Virus record (IMG/VR): IMGVR_UViG_3300021957_003318
Source of the DNA: an uncultured virus (IMG/VR IMGVR_UViG_3300021957_003318)
Lineage: Duplodnaviria > Heunggongvirae > Uroviricota > Caudoviricetes > Demerecviridae
Reading direction: 5' to 3' (one strand)
Length of the DNA stretch: 64,000 bases
Shown here: positions 37,801 to 47,668 of the stretch, piece after piece
Layout: each line of letters starts with the position of its first letter
Position numbering within the stretch: position 1 is the first letter of the stretch
The notes under the pieces: model-generated
Databases searched by the model: none
The model's input: the letters and a program-made list of their open reading frames with translations, nothing else
What the model was told of the DNA's origin: nothing
Position numbers and translations under genes: made by a program

Positions 37801-40800
37801 ATGCCGTTAATAGGTAAATTTTTAGTACAACAAGACTCAATAGGTAATAATAGTGTAGTTGCAAGTAAGATTGCTGCAAATGCTATTACAGCATCTGAGT
37901 TAGCTTTAAATTCTGTAACATCTGCAGAATTAGCAACAAACTCTGTTGGAGCTGCAGAACTACAGTCAACTGCTGTAACTTCAGTAGCAGATAACTCTGT
38001 AACAGCTTCAGGCTTAGCTGCAAACTCAGTAGATAGTTCAGAAATTGTAACAGGCAGCATAGACACTATACATTTAGGAACAGGACAAGTTACAACAGCG
38101 AAGATAGCTGGAAATGCAATAACCTCAAATGAGATAGCACAAAATTCAATCGATTCAAGCGAAATTGCCACTGGTAGTATCGACACAATTCACATTTCGG
38201 CAAATGCAGTTACAACTGCAAAAATTGCTGGCAACAACGTTACTGCTCATCATATTGCTGATGGGAGTATCACTAGCACTCAACTTGGAGCAAACAGTGT
38301 CGACAGCGCAGAATTAATTACTGGCTCGATCGATACGATACATCTAGGAGGTTTACAGGTTACTACTGCAAAGATCGCTGCAGGAGCTGTCACAACTGCT
38401 AAACTCGGAGATAATTCTGTCACTTCAGCAAAAATAGTCAATGGAACAATCGCGACAGCAGACATTGCAGACCTTGCTATAACAAGTGGTAAGATAGCTG
38501 CAAACACAATTTTAACAGCAAACATTGCTGACAACAATATAAACGGAACAAAAATAGCTACGGACAGTATAGTTGCAAGACATATAGCAGCTAACTCAGT
38601 AGATAGTGCAGAATTAGTCACTGGTAGTATAGATACTATACACTTAGCAGATGACGCAGTTACTGGTGCTAAAATAGCAGGATTAACAGTTACTGGCCCA
38701 AACATTGCAAATAACGCAATAAATGCTAACAAGATTGGTACAGATGTTATCGATGCATCACACATAGCAGCTGGTGTAGTAGGTTCTTCAGAACTTGCCG
38801 CAAATTCAGTAGATTCATCAGAATTAGTAACTGGTAGTATAGATACTATACATATTGGAGCATTACAAGTAACAACAGCTAAAATAGCTGATAACAATGT
38901 TACTTCAGGAAAAATAGTAAGCGATGCTATTGTAGCAAGACATATTGCAGCTAATGCAATTAATAGTGTTGACTTTATTACAGACGGTTTAATTAACACT
39001 GCACAATTAGCAGGTAATTCAGTAGCAACTGCAAAAATACAAGACAACGCAATAGATGCAACAAAAATAGCAGCGAATAGTGTAAGTGCAAGTGAATTAA
39101 AATCAGATGCACTAGGCGGACAAACCTTCTCAGGTAACGTTGTGTTATCTGGAAACTTAACTGTATCAGGAACAACAACTACAGTATCTTCTACAACAAT
39201 CAATGTAGCAGACCCACTTCTTGCACTAGCGACAACAAATAGTTCAGCAGATACAGTTGACATAGGTTTTTATGGATTGTATGATGTAGGCGGAACAGAT
39301 AAGTATACAGGTTTATTCAGAGATGCTGGAGATTCAGGTAAATGGAAAATATTTAAAGATTTACAGACTGTACCAACCACAGTAGTAAACACAGAAGGCA
39401 CAGGCTATGCAACAGGAACACTTGTAGCAAACGTAGAAGGAAATGTTACAGGTAACTTAACAGGAACAGCAAGTGCAATAGCAAACAATACTGTAAATGC
39501 AAGTAAGATTGTAGCAGGAAGTATAACAACAGCTGAGATAGCAGCGAACACAATCTTAACAGCAAACATTGCAGATAACAATATAAATGGCACTAAGATT
39601 ATAACTAATGCAATTGTAGGTAGACACATAACTGCAAATGCAGTAAATACTAGTGAGATAGCAACAGGAGCTGTAGCAGCCTTACAAATAGCAGGTGATG
39701 CAGTAGATGGAACAAAAATTGCAGATGATTCTATAGATTCAGAACATTATGCAGATGGCAGTATTGATACAGCACATATTGGAAACGGACAAGTAACAGA
39801 AGGCAAATTAGCAGCAAACTCTGTAAACTCATCAAAAATAGTAAATGGCTCTATTGTAAACGCAGATTTAGCGAATAACTCTATAAGTGCTACTAAAATA
39901 GCAACTGGAGCAGTAGGTTCGTCAGAACTAGCTGCAAACTCAGTAGATTCAAGTGAATTAGTATCAGGTAGTATTGATGGAATACATTTAGCTGTAAACT
40001 CTGTTTCCTCTAGTAAAATAGCTGGTAATGCTGTCGGAACAAGCGAAATAGCACTTAACTCGGTCACAGCTGGCATAATTCAAAACGGTATTGTAGGAAC
40101 AGATGAACTAGCTGATAACTGTGTAACAGCAGCTAAAATAGCAGATGGCTCTATTACTAGCACACAAATAGGCACTAATCAAGTAACTTCAAGCGAACTA
40201 GCAGGCAACTCTGTAGATAGTGCGGAGATAGTAAGCAGTAGTGTAGATACTATTCATATCACTAACTTAAATGTAACAAATGCTAAAATAGCAAACAATG
40301 CAATAACAAGTTCTAAAATAGCCGCTAACAATGTAGGTTCAAGTGAAATAGCAGCAAACGCTGTTGGATCAAGTGAGATTGCAAATAATTCTGTAACAAC
40401 AACACAATTATCAAGTGCAGCACTTGGTGGTAAAACAATGACAGGAAGTATTACATTTGGAGGAGATTTAGGGTTTGGTGGAAGCACATCTAATAAAGTA
40501 AATGTAGCAGGTAGCATAGGTATTCAAGACACTAATCCACCACAAAAACTTCATATAGACGAAGTAGCTGGTATGGATGTAGGTTCAGGAACTTCTTCAG
40601 CAACAGCACAATTTACACTAGACACTTTTGCAGCAGCTACATTTAGAACTGCTAAGTACTTAGTACAAGTACATAATACAACAGACACAGATTTTCAAGC
40701 AATAGAAATTTTATTATTCCATGATGGCTCAGATGTTTACTTAACACAGTACGCATCTATATTTGAAAATGGAGCACAGGCAGCATTTGATGCAGACTTA

Positions 40801-40887
40801 GTATCAGGTAATATAAGGTTAAGAGTAACGCCAGCAAGTACAGATAGTATGGCATTTAAATTTATAAGGACAACAATAGAGGTATAA
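37801..40887 (+). CDS. Long repetitive fibre protein (5/10-residue IAANSVTSAK-type repeats)
   Basis: Two long repeat tracts separated by a DIGFYG..YTGLFRDA domain; C-terminal FRTAKYLVQ...HDG domain. Confidence 0.8.
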   Translation: MPLIGKFLVQQDSIGNNSVVASKIAANAITASELALNSVTSAELATNSVGAAELQSTAVTSVADNSVTASGLAANSVDSSEIVTGSIDTIHLGTGQVTTAKIAGNAITSNEIAQNSIDSSEIATGSIDTIHISANAVTTAKIAGNNVTAHHIADGSITSTQLGANSVDSAELITGSIDTIHLGGLQVTTAKIAAGAVTTAKLGDNSVTSAKIVNGTIATADIADLAITSGKIAANTILTANIADNNINGTKIATDSIVARHIAANSVDSAELVTGSIDTIHLADDAVTGAKIAGLTVTGPNIANNAINANKIGTDVIDASHIAAGVVGSSELAANSVDSSELVTGSIDTIHIGALQVTTAKIADNNVTSGKIVSDAIVARHIAANAINSVDFITDGLINTAQLAGNSVATAKIQDNAIDATKIAANSVSASELKSDALGGQTFSGNVVLSGNLTVSGTTTTVSSTTINVADPLLALATTNSSADTVDIGFYGLYDVGGTDKYTGLFRDAGDSGKWKIFKDLQTVPTTVVNTEGTGYATGTLVANVEGNVTGNLTGTASAIANNTVNASKIVAGSITTAEIAANTILTANIADNNINGTKIITNAIVGRHITANAVNTSEIATGAVAALQIAGDAVDGTKIADDSIDSEHYADGSIDTAHIGNGQVTEGKLAANSVNSSKIVNGSIVNADLANNSISATKIATGAVGSSELAANSVDSSELVSGSIDGIHLAVNSVSSSKIAGNAVGTSEIALNSVTAGIIQNGIVGTDELADNCVTAAKIADGSITSTQIGTNQVTSSELAGNSVDSAEIVSSSVDTIHITNLNVTNAKIANNAITSSKIAANNVGSSEIAANAVGSSEIANNSVTTTQLSSAALGGKTMTGSITFGGDLGFGGSTSNKVNVAGSIGIQDTNPPQKLHIDEVAGMDVGSGTSSATAQFTLDTFAAATFRTAKYLVQVHNTTDTDFQAIEILLFHDGSDVYLTQYASIFENGAQAAFDADLVSGNIRLRVTPASTDSMAFKFIRTTIEV

Positions 40888-40888
40888 C

Positions 40889-41110
40889 ATGGGACAAAAA
40901 TTAGACTTTAATATCGAAGACGCAGGGTTAAAAATTGATGGTAGTGATGTAATTGATGCCAGTAGAAACTTTGAGGGAGCAGTAGCGACAAATAAGATTG
41001 GTTCAGGAATCATAGCAAAAGCTAGATTGCCTTTTACAATAACAACAACAGCACCAACAAATACTACTGGAACGAGTGACGGTCATGTATGGTTTGTTTA
41101 TTCGAGTTAA
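40889..41110 (+). CDS. Small fibre-module protein
   Basis: GLKIDGSDVID..R; TTAPT...DGHVWF. Confidence 0.65.
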   Translation: MGQKLDFNIEDAGLKIDGSDVIDASRNFEGAVATNKIGSGIIAKARLPFTITTTAPTNTTGTSDGHVWFVYSS

Positions 41111-41113
41111 GAT

Positions 41114-44100
41114 ATGGCAATATATGTTAATGACAGTGGTACACTACGTCAGATATCCTTCCTTGCAGTCAATGATGGCGGAACAATACGAAGGGTCAAT
41201 GAAGTATATGTAAATGATAACAGTAACTTAGCTGGCCCATTCTCTGCGGTTCATGAAACTGCTAGAAACACAGCAACTGTTAGAACTACAAACACAAATG
41301 ACATTGTTACAACATTCAATACAACTACAGCTTTTGATACAGACGTAGCTACAGTATCGGGATATAATACAAGCAGAGTAACAGAGTTCAATACATCTAG
41401 AAGTACTGAAACTAATTTAGTAACTACATTTGCAACTACTACCGTTTTTGCTACAACAGTAAATACAACTACTGATTTTACTACTACCACTGCTTTCAAT
41501 ACAACCACAACGTTTAACACAACAATTACTACTGTTACAGATTTTACAACTACAACGCAGTTTAATACAACAACAACGTTTAATACAAACACAACTACAA
41601 CTACTGATTTTACTACTACCACTGCGTTTAATACAACCACAACATTTAACACAACAATTGCAACCACTACAGTATTTAGTACTGTTACTGCTTTTAATAC
41701 TACTACAACGTATAATACTACACAGGGTACAACTACAGCATTTAATACAACTACTACTTTTACCACAACTACAACATTTGATACTAATACTAGTACAACT
41801 ACAGCGTTTAATACGACTACTACTTTTACCACAACAACAACATTTAATACAAGTAAAAGCACAACTACAGCATTTAATACAACTACTACTTTTGAAACTA
41901 CAACAGTATTTGAGACTAGCTTAAGTACAACTACAGCGTATAATACAACTACTACCTTTAGTACAACGACAACGTTTAATACAACACTTACGACTACAAC
42001 TGATTTTACTACTACTACAACATTTGAGACTAATTTAACTACAACAACTGCGTATGAAACTACTACTACTTTTACAACATTCTTTGATACAGTAATCTCT
42101 ACAAGTAGACTTAGTGAGTTTACTAACAATACAGCTTTTGCTACAACAAGAACAACAACATTTGGTACTGTTACTGCTTATGCAGATAACACTTCATTTG
42201 CTACAACAAGAACAACAACATTCGGTACTGTCACTGCTTATGCAGACAATACCTCATTTGCCACAACGAGAACAACAACATTTGGTACTGTTACTGCTTA
42301 TGCAGACAACACATCATTTGCTACTACAAGAGATACAACGTATGATACTGTATCTACTTTCGTAGTAAGTACAAGTTATACAACTACTCAAAATACTAAT
42401 ACGAGTAGAAACACTGCATTGGCAGCTGTAAATACTAATTATACTACTACTCAAAATACTAATACAAGTAGGAATACTGCGCTGGCCGTTGTAAATACTT
42501 CATATGATACTACTCAAAGTACTAATACTGTAAGAAACACTGCGTTAGCTGCTGTAAATACTTCATATAATACTACTCAAAGTACAAATACTTCTAGAAA
42601 CACTGCATTGGCCGCTGTAAATACTTCATATGATACTACTCAAAGTACAAATACGAGTAGAAACACTGCGTTAGCTGCTGTAAATACATCATATACTACT
42701 ACTCAAAGTACAAATACGAGTAGAAACACTGCATTGGCAGCTGTAAATACTAATACTATAAGAAGCACAAATACTTCTAGAAGTACTGGCTTCACGAATA
42801 GTACATCTTACAATACAGCTTTTGCTACTAATACGTCAAGAAGTACAGGGTTTACAAATAGTACATCTTACAATACAGCTTTTGCTACTAATACATCAAG
42901 AAGTACAGGGTTTACAAATAGTACATCTTACAATACAGCTTTCGCTACTAATACATCAAGAACATCAACGTTTACAAACAGCACAACAAGAAATACATCG
43001 TTTGGAACGAATACATCATACGCAACAGCATTTGCAACTAATACAGCAAGAGCTACAGGTTTTACTGCAAACACAACTAGAAACACTAATACAGCTAGAG
43101 GCACAAATACTTCTAGAAGTACTGGCTTTACAAATAACACCTCTAGAATAACAACCTTTTCAGCTAATACGGGCTTTACGAACAATACCACAAGAGGTAC
43201 AAATACATCAAGAAGTACAGGATTTACAAATAATACTAACACTGCAAGAACAACAGCGTATACAGATAATACAGGATTTACAAATAACACCGCTAGAAAT
43301 ACAAATACTGCGAGAAATACTAATACTGTAAGAGCAAGTGGTTCATTTGCCTCTACATCTTTTTTAACAAATACTGCAAGAACAACAACAACTGCTTTTA
43401 CCTACACTTACTTTACTTATAGTGGTGGTTATGTACAGGTAATTGCGGAGTCTACTGATTACGCAGTAAGTAATACTGATACAGCATTCCAGAACAATAC
43501 TTCTAGAAACACAAACACAAGTTGGAATACTGGTTTTACAAACAGTACAGGATTTACAAATAGTACATCATTTGCTACTAATACAGCTAGAGGTACAAAT
43601 ACGTCAAGAAGTACAGGATTTACTAATAGCACAAATACTGCAAGAACAACAGCATACACAGATAATACATCATTTGCTACTAACACAGCTAGAGGTACAA
43701 ATACTTCTAGAAGTACATCATTTGCTACTAACACAGCAAGAACAACAGAATACACAGATAATACAGGCTTTACTAATGCAACTTCATTTGGAACTAATAC
43801 ATCAAGAAGTACATCATTTACAAATAATACAACAAGAGTAACAGAAGATTTAGCAGGTACAACAAGAAGTACAGCTTATAATACTGCTACAAGTAGACTA
43901 ACTGCGTACACAGATAATACTTCTCAAGCTACAACAAGAAATACAAACACTGCTAGAACAACAGCATACACAGATAATACCTCTCAAGCTACAACAAGAA
44001 ATACAAATACTGCGAGAGTATCAACATACACAGATAATACTTCTCAAGCTACAACAAGAAATACTAACACAGCAAGAGTAACAGCATATGTAGATAACAC

Positions 44101-45691
44101 AGGTTTTACAAACTCAACAAATACAAGTAGATTAACTGCTTATGTAGATAATACATCATTTGCTACAACAAGAAGTACCAATACGAGTATAACAACAACC
44201 TTCGCAGCTAATACATCATTTGCTACAAGTAGAAGTACCAACACAAGTATAACAACAACCTTTGCAGCTAATACATCATTTGCAACAACAAGAAGTACCA
44301 ATACGAGTATAAGCACAGGATTTACAAATAATACATCATTTGCTACAACAAGAAGTACCAATACGAGTATAACAACATCTTATGTAGATGCCACAGCGTT
44401 TACTACAAGTAGAAGTACCAACACGAGTATAACAACATCTTATGTAGATGCTACAGCATTTACCACTACACGAAATACTAATACAAGTAGAGGAACAGGT
44501 ACAACTCAATCAACTAGTTATACTACTACACAGAGTACTAATACAAGTAGAACAAGTAATACTTCACAATCAACTAGTTATACTACTACACAAAGTACTA
44601 ATACAAGTAGAACAAGTAATACTTCACAGTCAACTAGTTATACTACTACACAGAGTACTAATACAAGTAGAACAAGTAATACTGCACAGTCAACCAGTTA
44701 TACTACGTCACAAACTACTAATACTAGCAGAACTACTACGTTTGAAACAGCATATCAAACTTCTAGGTTATCCTCAAGAAGTACAGGTACAAGCAGAGCT
44801 ACAACTACAATATTTAACACAGCTAGAGGAACTGTTACAGACAGAGGTACAACCACAACATTTAATACTACTAGACTATCAGATACAACTAGAACAACTG
44901 GAACAAGCAGAGCAACAGACACAACATTTAATACTTCCAGAGTATCAGATACAACAAGAGCAACAGAAACTAGTAGAGCTACAAGTACAGTATTTAATAC
45001 AACAAGAGCAACAGATACAACAAGAGCAACTATTACAAGTAGAGCAACTACAACAACATACGCTACTACTCAAGGAACTCTTACAACTAGAAGCACAGGT
45101 ACAAGTAAAAGTACTACAACTACGTTCAATACTAATACTACGACAGGTACAAGTAAAAATACACTTACTTCAAAAAGTACAATATCTACATTCAATACTT
45201 CTAGATTATCAGAAACAACTAGGGGTACAGTTACAGTCAGAGATACAGTCTCTACATTTGAGACGTCTAGAGCATCCCTCACAAGTAGAGGAACCGTTAC
45301 TTCACAGAATACAGTATCTACCTTTAATACATCAAGAGCTTCGTTAACAAGTAGAGGTACAGAAACTAGTAGAAGTACTACATCTACATTCAATACTTCA
45401 AGGACTACAGACACGACTAGAACTACTGTATTTGCAACTTCAACAGTATTTAATACAACTAGAACTACTGTATTTGCAACAGGTAGAACTACTACCACTA
45501 CGATTGAAACAAGTAGACTATCAGATACAACTAGAACAACGACACCTACAACTACAACTACTTTTGATACTTCAACTGTAGTATTTGAAAGAATTACTGC
45601 ATCAGCAGCTGGAACAATCTTCGACACCGAAGTATCTAGTGCAGATGCGTTTAGCGCGTCCTACTGGGATGGTAATCAGTGGACAGAATAA
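41114..45691 (+). CDS. Giant Thr-rich repeat protein (1525 aa), putative fibre/appendage
   Basis: One uninterrupted ORF; IYVND.G..R N-terminus and YWDGNQW C-terminus resemble fibre adaptor motifs; mostly 20/21-aa T/N/S/R/F repeats. Confidence 0.85.
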   Translation: MAIYVNDSGTLRQISFLAVNDGGTIRRVNEVYVNDNSNLAGPFSAVHETARNTATVRTTNTNDIVTTFNTTTAFDTDVATVSGYNTSRVTEFNTSRSTETNLVTTFATTTVFATTVNTTTDFTTTTAFNTTTTFNTTITTVTDFTTTTQFNTTTTFNTNTTTTTDFTTTTAFNTTTTFNTTIATTTVFSTVTAFNTTTTYNTTQGTTTAFNTTTTFTTTTTFDTNTSTTTAFNTTTTFTTTTTFNTSKSTTTAFNTTTTFETTTVFETSLSTTTAYNTTTTFSTTTTFNTTLTTTTDFTTTTTFETNLTTTTAYETTTTFTTFFDTVISTSRLSEFTNNTAFATTRTTTFGTVTAYADNTSFATTRTTTFGTVTAYADNTSFATTRTTTFGTVTAYADNTSFATTRDTTYDTVSTFVVSTSYTTTQNTNTSRNTALAAVNTNYTTTQNTNTSRNTALAVVNTSYDTTQSTNTVRNTALAAVNTSYNTTQSTNTSRNTALAAVNTSYDTTQSTNTSRNTALAAVNTSYTTTQSTNTSRNTALAAVNTNTIRSTNTSRSTGFTNSTSYNTAFATNTSRSTGFTNSTSYNTAFATNTSRSTGFTNSTSYNTAFATNTSRTSTFTNSTTRNTSFGTNTSYATAFATNTARATGFTANTTRNTNTARGTNTSRSTGFTNNTSRITTFSANTGFTNNTTRGTNTSRSTGFTNNTNTARTTAYTDNTGFTNNTARNTNTARNTNTVRASGSFASTSFLTNTARTTTTAFTYTYFTYSGGYVQVIAESTDYAVSNTDTAFQNNTSRNTNTSWNTGFTNSTGFTNSTSFATNTARGTNTSRSTGFTNSTNTARTTAYTDNTSFATNTARGTNTSRSTSFATNTARTTEYTDNTGFTNATSFGTNTSRSTSFTNNTTRVTEDLAGTTRSTAYNTATSRLTAYTDNTSQATTRNTNTARTTAYTDNTSQATTRNTNTARVSTYTDNTSQATTRNTNTARVTAYVDNTGFTNSTNTSRLTAYVDNTSFATTRSTNTSITTTFAANTSFATSRSTNTSITTTFAANTSFATTRSTNTSISTGFTNNTSFATTRSTNTSITTSYVDATAFTTSRSTNTSITTSYVDATAFTTTRNTNTSRGTGTTQSTSYTTTQSTNTSRTSNTSQSTSYTTTQSTNTSRTSNTSQSTSYTTTQSTNTSRTSNTAQSTSYTTSQTTNTSRTTTFETAYQTSRLSSRSTGTSRATTTIFNTARGTVTDRGTTTTFNTTRLSDTTRTTGTSRATDTTFNTSRVSDTTRATETSRATSTVFNTTRATDTTRATITSRATTTTYATTQGTLTTRSTGTSKSTTTTFNTNTTTGTSKNTLTSKSTISTFNTSRLSETTRGTVTVRDTVSTFETSRASLTSRGTVTSQNTVSTFNTSRASLTSRGTETSRSTTSTFNTSRTTDTTRTTVFATSTVFNTTRTTVFATGRTTTTTIETSRLSDTTRTTTPTTTTTFDTSTVVFERITASAAGTIFDTEVSSADAFSASYWDGNQWTE
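41400..45560 (+). repeat. Coding tandem repeats, 60-nt (and 63-nt) units in several block families
   Basis: Consecutive 60-nt lines are near-identical at 42121-42360, 42781-42960, 43921-44100, 44161-44480 and 44521-44740; 63-nt units at about 42375-42750. Confidence 0.92.
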
Positions 45692-45712
45692 TAACTAACC
45701 AAAGGAAAAACA

Positions 45713-45880
45713 ATGAAATTACAAGATAAGGATATTACTCCTAGATTTGTTAATGATAAATTAGAAAGCTTAGGACAAGCTCTTTTTGACTCAATACATC
45801 AATTTGAAGAAAGATTAAAAGAACAAGAGGTACATATAGTAGACCTTAAAAAACAAATTAGAGATTTAAAAAATGGGTAA
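45713..45880 (+). CDS. Small coiled-coil protein (55 aa)
   Basis: AAGGA SD; MKLQDKDITPRF...KKQIRDLKNG*. Not in the ORF track. Confidence 0.7.
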   Translation: MKLQDKDITPRFVNDKLESLGQALFDSIHQFEERLKEQEVHIVDLKKQIRDLKNG

Positions 45881-46751
45881 ATTAGTCCCTCTCTCTAATG
45901 TAGAGGAGTTAGGAGATTTTAGTACTCATATATACAAGTCAGGATCTTGCACTAGACCTAAAGAAGATTTAGATGAGTTATCTAGAATGAAGAAAGAATT
46001 AATACCCGAACAACGAGAAGGTATTAATTTTGATTATGATTTGTGGTTTAACACTAACGAAACAAGAACTATTAGAAGTTGGTTATACACAGATTTTTTG
46101 GGTGCAGGTATATATCTAAGAGTAAATTCTGTACTCATAAATGATAAATTGATGCGTGTAATTGCCGATTCAGATATAGAAATAGATACTGCTAGAATAG
46201 ATAAGATTAAAAATAATTTAAGAAATAAGTATCATTTAAAATATACTGAAGAAGAATATGATAAAGTTGTATTTCCTCCAGGAACAAACTTACTAACTAA
46301 ACAAACTTGTGTGCATTGGGGTAGAATAAAACAATGTATAGACGAAGGGTATGTAATAAAACCACATCCAATTACCACCGATTTAATGGTTGCTAAATTT
46401 AAAAGAAAGTTCGGAAAAGATAAAGTTTTAGATAAAAGAAGTGGAGGCATGGAATTACTTATGAAGTGTTCTAATGTAGCAACAATGCCTAATAGTGAAA
46501 TGGGACTTATCGCACTCTTACTTAAGAAAAACTTAAGAATGATAAGCTACTCAAAAAAAGAAAGAGAAAAAAGTTTATTAACATATGAAAGTATTTATCA
46601 TGCTTGTGGAAGTACAAATGGGTACAAAGCAATCGAAAAAATATTCTCAGCAAGGAACTCAGGAATGATATTTTCATTCGATGAGGATGCACAACAAAGA
46701 CTAGATTTATATATAAATAATTTTTGGGATTATAGGAAACATACAAAATGA
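45873..46751 (+). CDS. Putative GT-B glycosyltransferase resembling KpsS/KpsC (capsule biosynthesis) proteins
   Basis: YVIKPHP motif followed by LL..CSNVAT..NSEMGLIALL, matching the KxHP...V.T.nS..G.EAL pattern. Confidence 0.55.
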   Translation: MGKLVPLSNVEELGDFSTHIYKSGSCTRPKEDLDELSRMKKELIPEQREGINFDYDLWFNTNETRTIRSWLYTDFLGAGIYLRVNSVLINDKLMRVIADSDIEIDTARIDKIKNNLRNKYHLKYTEEEYDKVVFPPGTNLLTKQTCVHWGRIKQCIDEGYVIKPHPITTDLMVAKFKRKFGKDKVLDKRSGGMELLMKCSNVATMPNSEMGLIALLLKKNLRMISYSKKEREKSLLTYESIYHACGSTNGYKAIEKIFSARNSGMIFSFDEDAQQRLDLYINNFWDYRKHTK

Positions 46752-47668
46752 TTGAATTAGTACATACATGGAAGCCAGAGTGGAGTTATTTTACTATCGC
46801 TTCTTTAATTGATAAAGACGAAGAATATCGTCTACATCTCTATGTGGAGGAAGAACACTATGCCGACTTACCAATTAATTGGATATTTGACAATATTCCA
46901 AATGTAAGGATATATGAAGCATATTGGAAAAAAGATTATGCATCTAGAGCTATTCAACATCTTAGATTACATTGGAAAGATAAAGGGCTACACAAAAGAA
47001 TACTTTATGCAGGTGGCAATAGAATATTTTTAAAGAGTGGATGGACAGATGAAATACCAAACGAATCTTTTTTCCAAACAAAACTATCTCACTTATCTAG
47101 AAAGAAAGTATTTGTTGGACACAAGCAATTCGCATCTTATTATGGAATACTAGATTTTGCTAAAGCAGATATGCCTGCAAACTGGGACACTGACTTTTTT
47201 ATGTTGAATTACGACTTACTCAAAGATCTAAATGATAATGAATTATTTTATTCTAGAGGATTCTATAATGACTATGATAGCAGAGTACTAGCTACAACAA
47301 ATCAGTTTTTCTTTACAAAATTACACGAAAAAGAACATGGAGTACTTCCTAGATATATGAATGGTAAGAGTGACTTATTAATACAATGGGATGCACTACC
47401 GTCAAAAGAATATATAAACTATAATGTGATGTTAAGAAAATCATGGAGTATAGCACTACCGACAAAGGCACTATCAAATGGATATGCTAAAGTAAGTACA
47501 GGAACTCAACTATCAACTCCTTGGGAGTTATATGCTCAACTTATACCTAAAATTCCTGTTAACTTTAGGAATGCACGAGTATGTGAAAACTTATCATATA
47601 AAACAAATAGACAAAAACAAACTGCAAGAAAATTAATAGAAGTTGGATATAGATTAGGAAAACTTTAA
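46748..47668 (+). CDS. Degenerate GT8-like protein
   Basis: TIASLI...LHLYV, RILY(AGGN)RIFL where the DxD would be, FFMLNYD, LPRYMN. Confidence 0.5.
   Translation: MIELVHTWKPEWSYFTIASLIDKDEEYRLHLYVEEEHYADLPINWIFDNIPNVRIYEAYWKKDYASRAIQHLRLHWKDKGLHKRILYAGGNRIFLKSGWTDEIPNESFFQTKLSHLSRKKVFVGHKQFASYYGILDFAKADMPANWDTDFFMLNYDLLKDLNDNELFYSRGFYNDYDSRVLATTNQFFFTKLHEKEHGVLPRYMNGKSDLLIQWDALPSKEYINYNVMLRKSWSIALPTKALSNGYAKVSTGTQLSTPWELYAQLIPKIPVNFRNARVCENLSYKTNRQKQTARKLIEVGYRLGKL

Noticed and set aside
41400..45560. 60-nt tandem repeats as a CRISPR array
   Set aside because: There are no unique spacers, units are multiples of 3 and vary at synonymous positions inside one ORF, and no cas genes are present.
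36086..45627. Long Val/Leu-rich antisense and Gln/Leu-rich alternate-frame ORFs in the fibre genes
   Set aside because: These are shadow ORFs caused by ACN/GCN codon repetition in the real genes; they have no RBS or independent motifs.
41114..45691. Ice-nucleation protein call
   Set aside because: It is TxT-rich but lacks the AGYGSTxTA 16-residue repeat of InaZ-type proteins, and its period is 20-21 aa. Ice binding is not excluded but is unsupported.
47654..47668. Bidirectional terminator at the convergence of the two transcription blocks
   Set aside because: The two ORFs overlap at their 3' ends and no convincing hairpin with a U-tract is visible.
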